This document shows, one piece after another, positions 12,901 through 25,191 of a stretch of DNA of 64,000 nucleotides; the stretch's first letter is position 1; the number at the start of each line of letters is the position of its first letter. Source of the stretch: Ruditapes philippinarum (Eukaryota). The position numbers were made by a program, and so were the translations under genes. The notes beneath the pieces are model-generated. The model ran no database searches and was not told the origin of the DNA. It saw only the letters and a list, made by a program, of their open reading frames with translations. The DNA is taken from contig NW_026853157.1 in assembly GCF_026571515.1 (NCBI RefSeq), positions 124,001-188,000 of the forward strand, given 5' to 3'.

Positions 12901-13717
12901 TCATACACGATGCGGATAAGTGTCGTGTGCGAGTCCTTCTTTACATAATGATGTGGTATATAATGTACAGGGTTTGATGTGGTAACATTTGTATCACACT
13001 CTCCCCTTAAGATTCTAAACCCCGGATGTAGTTTTCCATTTTGTCGTGAAACCTGCGTAGACTCGTTACACTGTTGTCTGGAATCGGCAAATCTAAAAGC
13101 GACTGCATGTACTATCTATTATTTTATGAGACTGTCCGAATCGTTCTTGTAACAAATCTATTGCATTCTGGTAATTTCCGTTAGTTAATGGAAAACCTGC
13201 TATGGCGGTATATGCAGTGTCTTGTAGTAAGGAACCTACAACTTTTGGACATCAGATAGTGTTTGGTTCAAATGTATAGCAGCCTCATACGAGTCCCAGA
13301 ATGACTGCCATTTTTCAACATCTCCATCAAACGTAGGCAAAGTCAGTTTAGGTAGTCTGTGAAAAGATGAATTATCAGACGACACCCTTAAGTTATGAAT
13401 AGAAAAGTTCTCACTTGATAACGTTCTAGCACTACCGTTAATGTCCTGTGAATTACGGATCACGCTGCCGCTGCCAGTGTTATTAGATTTGGTAATATCT
13501 ATCTTCGTAGTTTCAATCGTAAATCAATTAAATATTCGTCACTCTCTATTAATTCTGTTTCCAAATCGTCTATATTTGCATGATAAACAATCTTATCGTT
13601 GAGGTTCTTGATAATCTCGGCTTTTTCTTCCATGATTTCGAGCAGGGCTGACTTCTTCGAAAGTGACAACTTGTCTTTAAATTTCTCCAGTTGTCTAGAA
13701 ATAAGACGTCGCTGGTC
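9801..13717 (-). mobile_element. Degenerate BEL/Pao LTR retrotransposon (5' LTR missing, internal deletion between gag and RT)
   Basis: Minus-strand order: gag-like (LPKLTLPTFDGDVEKWQSFWDSY, 13236-13463), RT (DIEKAFL...FGATSSP...LYIDN, 12366-12857), Pao RNase H (YDPLG...FCDAS...LPRLEL...WSDS...NPADLLTRG, 11186-12271), integrase (GVDFSG...RAVHLEL...SDNA, 10667-11083) and Pao C-terminal region (LTPSHLLYGR...WRHEYL, 10136-10627). Many stops and frameshifts. Absent from duplication unit 2. Confidence 0.92.
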
Positions 13718-14039
13718 TTTTAATATGATTATACAGTAGGCTACATAAACAGGTAAAGTCAGAATTGAAATTGTTAGAATAGTATTTATCTAGTTTCATG
13801 GTGGTGTTAAGAAATTTAGTACACGCTAAGGCAGTCTTGACTGTATACGAAACAACTGAAATGTTCCTTCATATTATGACATTCTTTTCTTTGAACTTGT
13901 ATAGATTTAATTGGTTTATATGTTTAGTGTAGATTTTCAACAATCGATCACTCGATACTCATTCATATCCTCTGAATCAGGTAAACAAATCTGAGAACGA
14001 GGCTCTTGATTGAATTAAAAAAAAACCCACAAAAACCCC

Positions 14040-14099
14040 AACAAATCAACAACAAAAATAACAGCAATAACAACAAAAACAACAAACAAGAACAACAGC

Positions 14100-14142
<43 letters not shown>

Positions 14143-14143
14143 C
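14040..14143. repeat. (CAA)n microsatellite
   Basis: Direct run of CAA/ACA triplets; the source of the poly-C and poly-L ORFs in the track. Confidence 0.9.
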
Positions 14144-14651
14144 AAAACGTTCGCTGAAATCAAAGTCTAGTATAAACAACAACTTAAATGCAACGCACGT
14201 CCCTATCATTTAATACATATATAATTAACAGTACCAGAATTTTATATTATTTCTGTGCTATTTCAATATGCCCAGCCCATAGACGCGCCTGATTAGAACG
14301 GTGAATATCTATTTGTAGTTTAAAAATTGCCTCGTTTTAAAGTATGCATCGGATTTTAATTACGTTTACTAAAACCAGCTACGCCCACACTTCTCTTTGA
14401 ATAAGAGTTAAAATCTAAAAAGAGTTGCAATGGGGTCCTGTAAAATCATGGAGAGTATCAGGTTTTGTTATTAGCTCCTGGGCTTGCCTTATTTTTTAAC
14501 AAACGATATACATGTATCTCTAGTTTTCAAAGTGGGCGTTCGGATATAATATTATGAACGCAATGTCGTCAATTTCTGTGAAGTACTTAAACCAGTGCAT
14601 ATTTCAACATTTTAAGGACGACCGAAAAGTAAGCTCAAGCCTCTGCCTGAA

Positions 14652-14810
14652 CAGAATCCATGCTGTTCGCTTACAAACCCTATTTCAAATAGAGAAACCG
14701 ATAGCGAACAGCATGGATCCTGACCAGACTGCGCAGATGCGCAAGCTGGTCTGGATCCATGCTGGTCGCAAATGAATTACGTTGGTTTTGTCGTGACGTA
14801 GCTCATATAT
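14652..14810. mobile_element. Truncated copy of the palindromic MITE family seen at 22472-22701
   Basis: ATCCATGCTGTTCGCT...CTGGTCTGGATCCATGCTGGTCGCAAA...GTTGGTTTTGTCGTGAC. Lies right at the end of duplication unit 1 homology. Confidence 0.75.
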
Positions 14811-15209
14811 AAAATCATCAGTGTCATAGCAGCTTGTAGTCTTTTGGACCATCGAAAAATTGACATTGTCATCTTTAAAGATCTTAAAAGACCCTTTCAT
14901 GATATTTAAATCAAGTCCAGGGGAGGCTTATTTGTTTATGACACGGCCACTTCCATAATATTGCCCTTAATATAAAGCGTGTATGCCAAATTTACTAGTT
15001 CTTACTCAATTGGAACTTTTCAGTCATGTATTGCTCACGTATTTCTAATTGAGCAATATTCATCAAGTGAACATTATTTACTTCTCAATTCTCACATTTT
15101 ATGATCATTTAGATAAGCAAAACTCATGTTTAAATACTACCCACTTCACGAGGATTACTCACTTAGCAATATTTACAGTGTGGACAGCTAGCTTATGGAT
15201 CGTCGGTGG

Positions 15210-18200
15210 TTTTTCTCAGGGGCCTCTCCCTGCAAAGCCTTCCTTCACCAGTAAAGCTGAAAAGTCGCCATATGACATATATTGTATGGGTGTGACGTTA
15301 AACCCAATCAATCAATCAATCAATCAAACAAACAAACAAACAAACAAACAAACAAACAAACGAACAAATGACCATTCTAATTGACCACTACTCGACAAAT
15401 AAACTGTCTTAACTTAGCAATACTCACAGCGTGGACAATTTTTACCGCGCACTTACTTATTTGCAAGAATTTCCGATACAGTACATAGAATACAGGCTAA
15501 TCTAGATTATAAAATAAATTACGGACGTGAACTATCAGATGTTAATCAAATAAACTAGTTTTAATAAATTAATATTTACTAATGTTTCAATTTTGAGAAC
15601 TACTTAACACAGCGGAAGTTGTTTAATAGTGCTTGTCAACGATATAAACCCTCTGTATGCATGTATTATATGAACACTTATAAGTCGCGTCATGTCATGG
15701 GATTGGTCGTTATGTAAATATGTATTGTTGCATGTCGTGATTCAATAGTTAAATAGATAAAAAAACGTGTTCTTTGTCACTGTAGTTCCAAATTAATGTT
15801 GTTCCCCATGACAAATTAACTGCAATGTTCAATATTTGAATATTTAAATAATATAATGCTACGGAAGCGCGTCCTGGTGCCAGATTTTTATAATGTTCTA
15901 CAAATAGATCAAATCCTATTTAGGAGATAAAAAGCCTCTTTTTTATAGACCATTATGAATTGGCACCAGAACGATTCCGTGTCAGGACGCTTTCGTAAAA
16001 TGCAATGTCTACGTCATGACGGTGTTTCTTTTTTTTGAAAATAATTTAAAATTTTAGTGTGTATGTTTGCAAAATTGAAAACGTAAATCGAACCAATAAA
16101 TTCAGTTAATTCTTTTTAAACTTTTTAAACTATGTTCGAAATTAATCAACCAGGACGTTTATAATTTCTGAAGATGAATACAAAACATCTCATTTATACA
16201 TGTTAATGCAGTAGATAAAACTTAACATCATTTTATTCTACAGAAGTATTTCACTTTGGCGAAAGTAGTAATAAATCGGCATAAAGAATACTAAATTGGA
16301 GTAAGAAGTAATAAAATGTCTTCAGTTTTTATGGCTGGGTATAAAACAATAACTGTTAATAAGTTATTTGATTGTAAGACAAATTTGTCTTATTTGGTCA
16401 CATGACAGACACGCGGTAGTAATATGGTACTTGCAACTTGTTATTTAAATAATATTTGACTTTATCGGCATTAAGCGTTCCTTAATTGGTAAACAATAGG
16501 TCAAAACGTCCGTATAACCATCTAATAACAAAAAGAATAAAAATATACACGTACAAATAAAATTAAAAATAAAGAAATGAATTGAATTTCAGAACAACAA
16601 TGTGAGACTTTAATAAATGTTACATTGTATTTCTTTCATGCCAGCTATGACATGTATTCTTATTTTCATCACCGTATTTCTACACCGTTTCTGACGGAGT
16701 TAGGACTCAAAATGCATCTGTTAACACAACTTATAAAACCTCGTAAATTGTCGGAGACATGCTGCTTTAAACAACAACGTTACATGTACTTTCAAGGCAT
16801 TTGGACACTACATAAACTATTTGTACACTAAACTATATATGCATAACTTGATAAGTACACTTTTTTATGGCCAAATTTCCTCAAAAATATCTTCCTCAAC
16901 CAAATGACCATATATTTATTATTCTAAAGTGCTAACAATATTTCTGACAACAAAAGCTGTAGTGTTTGGTTTTAAAAATAACAATTTAAACTCGAAATTG
17001 TAAATTGCAATTTATACTTTTTAATTGGTAAGTATAATTTCAAATCAAAGTAACCTTATATAAACAAGAAACATATTGTTGATCGTGATTTCAAAATGAA
17101 ATAATGAACATTTAAAAACTTTTCCTAAGACCTATGTGAAGAAAATACTTATTTATTTAAAATTCACGATATATCTGCTTGGCCGCAACGGTGTGGCATG
17201 CCGTTGTTTCCGTGAGCAGGAAACTTTTCATTCATTGCTTAGTACTGGTTGGTTTCCGGAACGGATTCGAGTGCTTCATTATGCTTATAGCTACCTACGC
17301 AATCGATCTAGAATGAAATAGTATATACTTATACATCTATATGTTTCAAACAGTTAAGAAGCTTTATCTTCATATATTGTAACACTGAAAATACGTACAT
17401 TAAAACTAGAAGAGATGTGAAAATGACAATGACAATAAATTGTATTTGCATTAAACAATATCAAATGTTAACAGCAACAAATGATGAAAATTGTGGGCAG
17501 TTATAAGTCCTCTATCTTCCATTAAACATTGACGAATGGAATGCATCTTCAGTACAATCTGACTAAAGTTCAGCTCTACTTATTTCTGTTGTGTAGATCT
17601 GATGACGATATGCTTCGCCTTCTTTATCATTCATTCGGATTCCCGAGAAAGCTATTTCTAGTCATGCAATCAAACCGGTTTGACATAGACATGAGAAGAA
17701 GTATCAAATTTTCCAGGATTAAAATTAGAAACCGTATCGCTTTCAAAATTATGAAAGCTCGTCAATGATTGGTAGCGTCAAAGATCACCAGAAATGACTT
17801 CATATTTGGTCACGGTCAGATCTAAAAAGTGGGGCGTTATTAAGAGCTGAATTTAATCAGATTGTCTTCAGTAAGCAATAAAATGTCTATGGTACAAAAT
17901 GCATACATTAAACACGAATAAATTGAAGTGTTCGGTCGTTTACTGAATTTACTAAGTTTACTACTGCAGAGAGAATATTTAATGATTTAGCTTGCAAAAT
18001 AAGAAACTGAATAAAGAAATGTTTCAATAAACGTATTTAGTGAAAGTGATTAAATAAATGTATATATATATATAATGTAGTACCACGCAATTCAATTTAC
18101 TCAAGTCCAAATTAAAATAAAGACAACAACAACGACAAAAAACAACAAAAAAGCAGAAACAACAACAACAAAAACAACAGAAAACAAGAAGAAGATTATT

Positions 18201-21200
18201 TCACGAAGAAAAGAAATATGATTAGTGTACATGTAGTTTAAAAAAAAAGATCTGGATGTAAGGTTATACACAGTTAATTTGATAAAACACGTGAGAATCG
18301 AAGTCTTATATGATTTAAAACGTTATTAATTACTAGTAATCTCCGAGTTGTTCCTTTTTTAATAGTTATTTTATGATTTCTCAGCATAACCCTCAGCTCT
18401 TTTCTAAACCTCTGGCCTGTTAAGCAGTATAGAAAGAAATGAATAGAATTGTTAATATACTGTAAAATATTAACAACAGCCCACCAGAAATTCTGCCAGG
18501 CTATTTCTTCTTGTGTTTCATCAGAAAACCAATACGTTTGTCCAATCAAAAACACCATGATTGGTGATGTTGTAATGAGAAAAACACCATTTACTGTTAG
18601 AAGCATAACTGTAAGTGTAGAAATCCTTCGAGCTGGTGAACGATTTTTGACCTTTGACGTCTGCCGCGATGTCTGCCGCGACGTCATTTGTGACGTAATT
18701 TCACGTGACAACATTTCACTTGTTTGCGTTGCGTCGTGTATTGTTATGGATTGAACGGTCAAATCTGAGTTACTTCTTCGTGTTAACGGGCTATCAAGCT
18801 TTGTTGCTAAAGATGGTGTCCGTGGTAATGTCTCTTGTGACAACATTTCACTTGTTTGCGTTGTGTCTAGCATCGTCATAGATTGAGCGTTCAGATCTGA
18901 ATGAGCATCTCGTGCCAATGGGCTACTGAGCCTTGGTGCTAATGTTGGTGTTCGAAAGAATCCAAGTTTTCTTTGGGAACTGGTCATTTCGTAGATTATT
19001 TTTACGTTGCACGCTACCATAATTGAAAACGGAATAAAACAAAATGTTGAAAAATCAATCCAATGCCAAATATCTTTCATAAAATCATTTGGTTTGCTAC
19101 CACACCTTATTTCCAAGGATCCGGCAAGCTCCACGTTCCAAAAGAAATGCATGTTCTTCACGACCAAGAGAAAAATAATCACGGCTATTACCAAGCCTGA
19201 TCTTTTCAATGTGCACAAAATCCGTGCTTTGAATGGAACGAATACCGATAAAAATCTATCTATGGTCACGGTGACCAGAACCCAGACGGTGAAATCCAGG
19301 GATAAGTAGACTAAGAACGCGTGAATCTTGCAAGAAGCGTTGGAAAAACTCCTCACATCCACATCGAAAGCTTTTATTATCCAGTAACGTAGCAATCCAG
19401 TGTACAGTGTAAATAAATCACCAAAACTTAAACAGGTCAGGTAAAACATTGCTGTTGAAAAGCGAAATTTTGGACGCAGGAGGACACATATGGACATAAC
19501 ATTACCAAAAGTGCCCAATATAATAAGAATGGGTGAAACATAAATCCAAAGAAAGTTCCCTATATTGTACTGTATAAAGTCTTCAAGATCTTTCTCTGTT
19601 TCATTCATAGCTGAATAAAATCATTAAATCGCGTTGCTTATAAAGGTACGATCCCTGTAACGGGTATATTTAGGAACCTGATCAAGCTTAATATTTTATC
19701 AAAGTTCTCTATTTAACTAAATATGTATGTTGTTTGTCCGAATATCCTATTTATTAAATAAATTAGTCAATTCACATCTGTTGTATATAGCGGTTGAAAA
19801 ACTTTGATCAGTAGTCTTAACATCTCACATTATATACACACTACAGCATAAAATTAATAAAAGAATTAAGATAATCCTCCAGTTTATCCAATTAAAACTG
19901 TAATTAATCTTTATAAATTTAGGTATGTATATTATAAATCTCTTGCTAACAATGATATACACATGAAAACATCTATTTATATTATAAATTAATTACGTGA
20001 TGAATATCTGTATTTCTGAGAGACGGACATAAGTCATTAAGTGATTCGTCTACTTGGTTATTGGTAAGTGCTTCTAACAATGATCTTTTATCCTAAACGC
20101 CAACGTAAATTAAATAGATAAAAGTAATGTTATAATAATCTTATATTCAAAACTTGTTTTGCAGTAAGTATGAACAAGTTCTTTAAATACATAACAGTGT
20201 ATACATACTATCATTAAATAATTTCTTTGTAGGCAACTCCCATAATCATATTTTCAAATCCTGTTTTGCGATATGAACAAGTTGTTTATATAATAGTGCA
20301 TACATACTATCTTTTAAATTAAATCATTTCTTACTAGGCAACTCCCACAAATATCTTGAAAACGGAAGATTCCTCTCAAACAATGATAACAATTAAAATT
20401 AAATGAAATATGCAGATTCGACTTGTTCATGAGAGATAATGTAAAAGTGCAATAGCTGTCACAATCCTAGATTCGTCATAACCGGTATTCGACATAAAAC
20501 TGACATTATTTTGATATGACATTTTATAGGTTTTTCATTATGATTTTAATATAGTAGGCTACATAAACAGGTAAAGTCAAAATTGAAATTGTTAGAAAAG
20601 TACTTATCTAGTTTCATGGTGGTGCTAAGAAATTTAGTATACGAAACAACTGAAATTTTCCTTTATATTATGACATTCTTTTCTTTAAAATGGTGTAGAT
20701 TTAATTGGTATATATTTTTAGTGTAGATTTCCAATAATCAATCAGTAGATTCTCATTCATATTCCCTGAATCCGATAAACAAATCTGAAAACGAGGCTCT
20801 TGATATAAAGGTAATTTTATTTATTATAAGTAAGATCAATTTGTTTTCATTCTGGGAAAATTGACTGGCTTGATAGCATGGCTAAATAGCAAACAAAAAC
20901 ATTCGCTGAAATCAATGTCTAGTACAAACATGAACTTTAATGCAACTTGCGTCTCTATCATTTAATTATATATATACATATATAATTAACAATACCGGAA
21001 TTTTATATTATTTCTGTGCTATTTCAATATGCAAAGTCCTTAGGCGCGCCTGATTAGAACGGTGAATATCTATTTGTAGTTTACAAATTGCCTCGTTTTA
21101 AAATATGCATCGTGTTTTAATTGCGTTTACTAACACCAGCTACGCCCACACTTCTCTTTGAATAAGAGTTAAAATCTAAAAAGAGCTGCAATGGGGTTCT

Positions 21201-21567
21201 GTAAAATCATGGAGAGTACAGTTTTTGTTATTTGCTCCTGGGCTTGCCTCTTTTTTATCTTTACTTATCAATCATTTACATGTAGATGTACATGTATGCA
21301 TAATATTATCGTCATTTTTAATGATTCTTAAAGGGTGCCATTTGTGGTACATGCATTTAATTGCAATCAGTTATGCGCTGGAACAGTTTTAATTTGATCA
21401 TTTATTTTTGTTTAGATACATTTAGAAACAAGCGATATACATGCATCTCGAGTTTTCAAAGTAGGCATTTTAATATTATGTATGCACTCGTCACTTTCTG
21501 TGAAGTACTTAAACCAGTGCATATTTCAACATTTTAAGGACGGCCAAAAAGCAAGCTCAAGCCTCTG
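15210..21567. repeat. Tandem segmental duplication, unit 2 (contains GPCR2)
   Basis: Long near-identical non-coding stretches shared with unit 1, e.g. 4476-4980 vs 15486-15990 and 6625-7250 vs 17505-18125. Confidence 0.9.
18274..19608 (-). CDS. GPCR2: class A 7TM receptor, FMRFamide-receptor/srw-like, 444 aa
   Basis: Close paralogue of GPCR1. TIDRF at TM3 end, 2 ICL3 units, NNSIHFFLY in TM7. Confidence 0.95.
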   Translation of the reverse strand: MNETEKDLEDFIQYNIGNFLWIYVSPILIILGTFGNVMSICVLLRPKFRFSTAMFYLTCLSFGDLFTLYTGLLRYWIIKAFDVDVRSFSNASCKIHAFLVYLSLDFTVWVLVTVTIDRFLSVFVPFKARILCTLKRSGLVIAVIIFLLVVKNMHFFWNVELAGSLEIRCGSKPNDFMKDIWHWIDFSTFCFIPFSIMVACNVKIIYEMTSSQRKLGFFRTPTLAPRLSSPLARDAHSDLNAQSMTMLDTTQTSEMLSQETLPRTPSLATKLDSPLTRRSNSDLTVQSITIHDATQTSEMLSREITSQMTSRQTSRQTSKVKNRSPARRISTLTVMLLTVNGVFLITTSPIMVFLIGQTYWFSDETQEEIAWQNFWWAVVNILQYINNSIHFFLYCLTGQRFRKELRVMLRNHKITIKKGTTRRLLVINNVLNHIRLRFSRVLSN

Positions 21568-21836
21568 GAAAGGTGACATCGTTCGAGGGCATTGAAAACA
21601 AGTATAAAAAGCTTAAAACTAAATGTCAGTTCATGAGTGATAATTCCGAGTGCCGAATTCAATCCCACTTTGTATATTAAAATTGTTAAGTCACCTTATG
21701 CTGAATTACAACACTTCCGCTTTAATTACAGATGCTATAAATAATAAAATTATTTTTTTTACATTTTATGTAAGAAAATGGCACAATTAAAGGGCCATTA
21801 TGCTAAAGATATGCTTCTGTTTATATTTGGTGTCCT

Positions 21837-21980
21837 GTTAACCCATTACTCTATATACACGCCTTTTAACGCCTTTTTCATCCCAAATAAGTTGTCTCAA
21901 ATGGTGAAAAAATGCCTTATTTAGGCCCCCAACACTTGTTTTTGTTTAAGAAATGTTGTTTAAAAAAGTGACAACTTTTT
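21837..21980. repeat. Dispersed repeat, probable DNA-transposon end beginning TTAA-CCC; inverted copy at about 61445-61591
   Basis: GTTGTCTCAAATGGTGAAAAAATGCCTTATTTAGGCCCCCAACACTTGTTTT is the exact reverse complement of sequence at about 61482-61533. Both copies end at TTAACCCATTAC. Confidence 0.7.
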
Positions 21981-22139
21981 CGGCGCCGCCCCTATCCAAA
22001 AGAAAATTTGGACTTGTGAGATGCTAAAATGACCCCAGGTCAATCATAAGGTAACGTGTAGCCAACGCTGAAGAGCCTTTGACTATCTCAATCCATTGAG
22101 AAGTTGCAGCACTTTGAAATCTTTTTGATTGAAAAAAGT

Positions 22140-22380
22140 TTGATTCCCGGATGGTGTAGGTCTCTTTCACTGTGATTGATCATGAAACCGTTACTACGGT
22201 CATTCGAACCGTACCTTTGCTCTGGTACGTACATAACTTATCAATTCCTTGCAAGGTAAGCAGTACTGGTAAACTACTTGACAGCCTGCCCAGTACGAAA
22301 CGCAGGCTGAACTGTTCTCTGGTAAATTCAAAGTAACTTACTGTCAAAATTCAGAGAGTTAACAACCAACACCACCAACA
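22140..22380 (+). mobile_element. Degenerate SINE remnant
   Basis: GATTGATCATGAAA...CTACGGTCATTC core, then TACTGGTAAAC...AGCCTGCCCAG and an (ACC/AAC) tail. Resembles mollusc SINE bodies recalled from memory. Confidence 0.45.
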
Positions 22381-22471
22381 TAAGTTATATTCTCATAATT
22401 ACTTTAAAATAAATCTTGAATATTTCTATCAGATAATATCAACAACATACGAGTATGTACAAGTTTTATAC

Positions 22472-22701
22472 ATTTGAGCCGCGTCATGACAAAACCAACA
22501 TAGTTGGTTTGCGACCAGCATGGATCCAGACCAGCCTGCACATCCGCGCAGTCTGATCAGGATCCATGCTGTTCGCTATCAGTTTCTCTACTTGTGATGG
22601 GGTTTGTAAGCCTTGATCAGACTGCGCGGATGCGCAGACTGGTCTGGATCCATGCTGGTCGCAAACCCATTATGTTGGTTTTGTCGTGACACGGCTCAAA
22701 T
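22472..22701. mobile_element. Palindromic (foldback) MITE, about 230 bp
   Basis: ATTTGAGCCG.GTCA.GACAAAACCAACATA...TTTGCGACCAGCATGGATCCAGACCAG mirrored at the right end, arms about 90 bp. Confidence 0.85.
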
Positions 22702-25191
22702 GTTGAATATTTCTACCAGATAGCATCAACAACATACGAATACATATAAGTTTTATACATTTATAATTTTCAACTCATGCATCTTTTAAGTTGTTTCTCC
22801 ATTAGTACTCGTTTACTGCCTATTGCCACATAAATATCGCAAGCGTTTTGAATAATGAAGGATAATGTCAAAGTTTTATTGCGTTTGTTTTTGCAGTTTT
22901 GTGTCCCTCTCAGTTACTATATTTTGCTGTTGTCATTTTCTGTATTGGATTATACTGTTCCGACGCAAAATCGAAGAACATTAAATGTAATTATTATAAA
23001 AAGCATAAAACAGTGATATGGCAAGACTTAAATCGGTTTAATAAATTCTAACATTTCCCCTTAGACCTATCTCTTGTTTGAAATTTCTTATATAAAACAG
23101 CTCACCAGGATGTTTTATTATTTCTGAAGATGTATAACAAACAGTTAAATACAAAAAGTAGATCAAACATTTATTGTCACGTATTTTGTAAGTAGTATTT
23201 CAACTAGGTGAAAGTAGTAATAAATTGGCGAAAAGAATAATAAATTGGCGTAAGCAGTAATAAACTGTCTTCAGTATTTATGACTGGGTATAAAACAATA
23301 AATGACAAGTGATTTGATTGTTGGGACAAATTTGTCTTATTTGATTAAATGATCGACACGCAGTAGTACTGTGGTAAAATCGATGTTTATACGGACAGTT
23401 TGACCTATTGTTTACCAATAAAGTAACACTAAATGTCAATAAAGATAGAATAAAATATTAATTAAATAATTGAATGGAAGTGCAAGAGACCAGTTCGATA
23501 GTAATTATAAACAAAGGTCTATGAAATTAATCTGAAAACTGAAACTTCCTGTCTGTTTGGTGCATTTGTGGTTTTATTGGTCTATAGTAAATAAAGAATA
23601 CCAATTTAATAATAATAAGGAAAAAATTGTTTGAAATGTACACATTGTAATTAAAGAAAATAGGCGAATGCAAACTTTAAGTAGACATATTTTATAAAAT
23701 GTGCTAACTGTACTTGTATTGGTCAAAACAGAAATAAATAAATAAAATATATTATATATTAATATATATTAATAATATTTATAGAATTAATGTAAGAGTA
23801 TTATAAATATCCACAATGCATGTGACATTTTGTATTTTCTCAACATATTACTACCCTGATAATTACGGAATGAAGCTTATTACATTTTTTAAAAGTTATT
23901 AAATTTCATGGACAATAAGTATTTTAGGCAGTCTAATTGATATTTTCCTTTATTTAGAACTATATATTAAAAATGGAATATTTCGAAGGTATCATTTCTT
24001 TAAAATATTACATAACATATAAGATATAGTGGTTTAACGCCGACCACAAGTATTTCTTTTGATCACATGTTCTCACATATTTATTCTTAAAATTGATAAA
24101 TATCAGAAAAAAAAATATCCATCGGAAGCACCAAAAGCAGCAAAATAACTTGAAAATTGCAGACTTGGTTTTATTGAGTTTGTACATGAGGGATTATGGA
24201 AAAGTGCAACATCCCTCACGCCCTCTAGCATCAGCTTGAGCGGTAGTCAATTTTTAACAGTGCCGAAATCAATGCATTTTTGTTCTAAAGTGCAAACATT
24301 ATTTCCAGAATCAATGCAACAAAAAGCGATAATTATTTTTTTTTAAATGATAATGTTTACTGGAAATTTATTATACCTTCAACAGCTACTTATAAATTGC
24401 AAATTAAAGTATTAATGTTTTGTAAACTGCACACTTATTGAATGCATTAAAGAATTGCACACTTAAATTAATATACAAGTATGTATAAAATGTTGGTATT
24501 ATAATAGCTGTTCCATGACGTTTTTTTTTAAAGAAATACTAATCTATTACTATATGACAGTTAAGAGGCTTTTGTCATACACCGAAAAGCCAAAGGTAAA
24601 ACAAAACAGGTCAAGGTTAACCTGATCAAAACATTTTCTATATTCTCAAACAAATCATAAAATTACATTATCGGGATATACAAAAGCAAATATATACAGA
24701 GTGAACACATTTCGATATTAATGTTGAGGGTTGCAGATCTTTAGTTTATTACAAGTAACACGTAAGAAAATTACAATTAATTCAACTGACAATTTCTGGG
24801 AGATGGATAAACAGCTTATATTATATAGGATTCTGTGATAATATTATGAAATATTAAAGTAAATTAGTCTACAAAGTGCACAATTTTCATAAATAATATA
24901 AATATTGATCAAAACATCAGATCTGTTCCTATGAAATATTGCTCACAAATGTTTGTAAAGTTCAAAGTGATTTTGTAAGAACATCTATATGTTGAACAAT
25001 GATATTTAGTTCTAGAACACACTATTTTCTGCTATATAATTATATATAATATCGGATCATGTGTCTTACGTGCCACAGACATCCATAAATAATTCTTTTA
25101 TGGTTAGTTGTTATGTCTGATACTACATTCTTTAACCATAATTATTCTTTTTTATGCAGACCTTCCTTTTAAGACCATTTCACTTTAATAG

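Larger units (their letters stand above)
4168..14645. repeat. Tandem segmental duplication, unit 1 (contains GPCR1 and the BEL/Pao insertion)
   Basis: About 4170-9789 is collinear and highly similar to about 15210-20082, and about 13718-14645 to about 20531-21567. Both units end at AAGCTCAAGCCTCTG. Confidence 0.9.

Noticed and set aside
13963-14209. Poly-Cys and poly-Leu ORFs (also 156-437 and 167-403)
   Set aside because: Translations of (CAA)n microsatellites.
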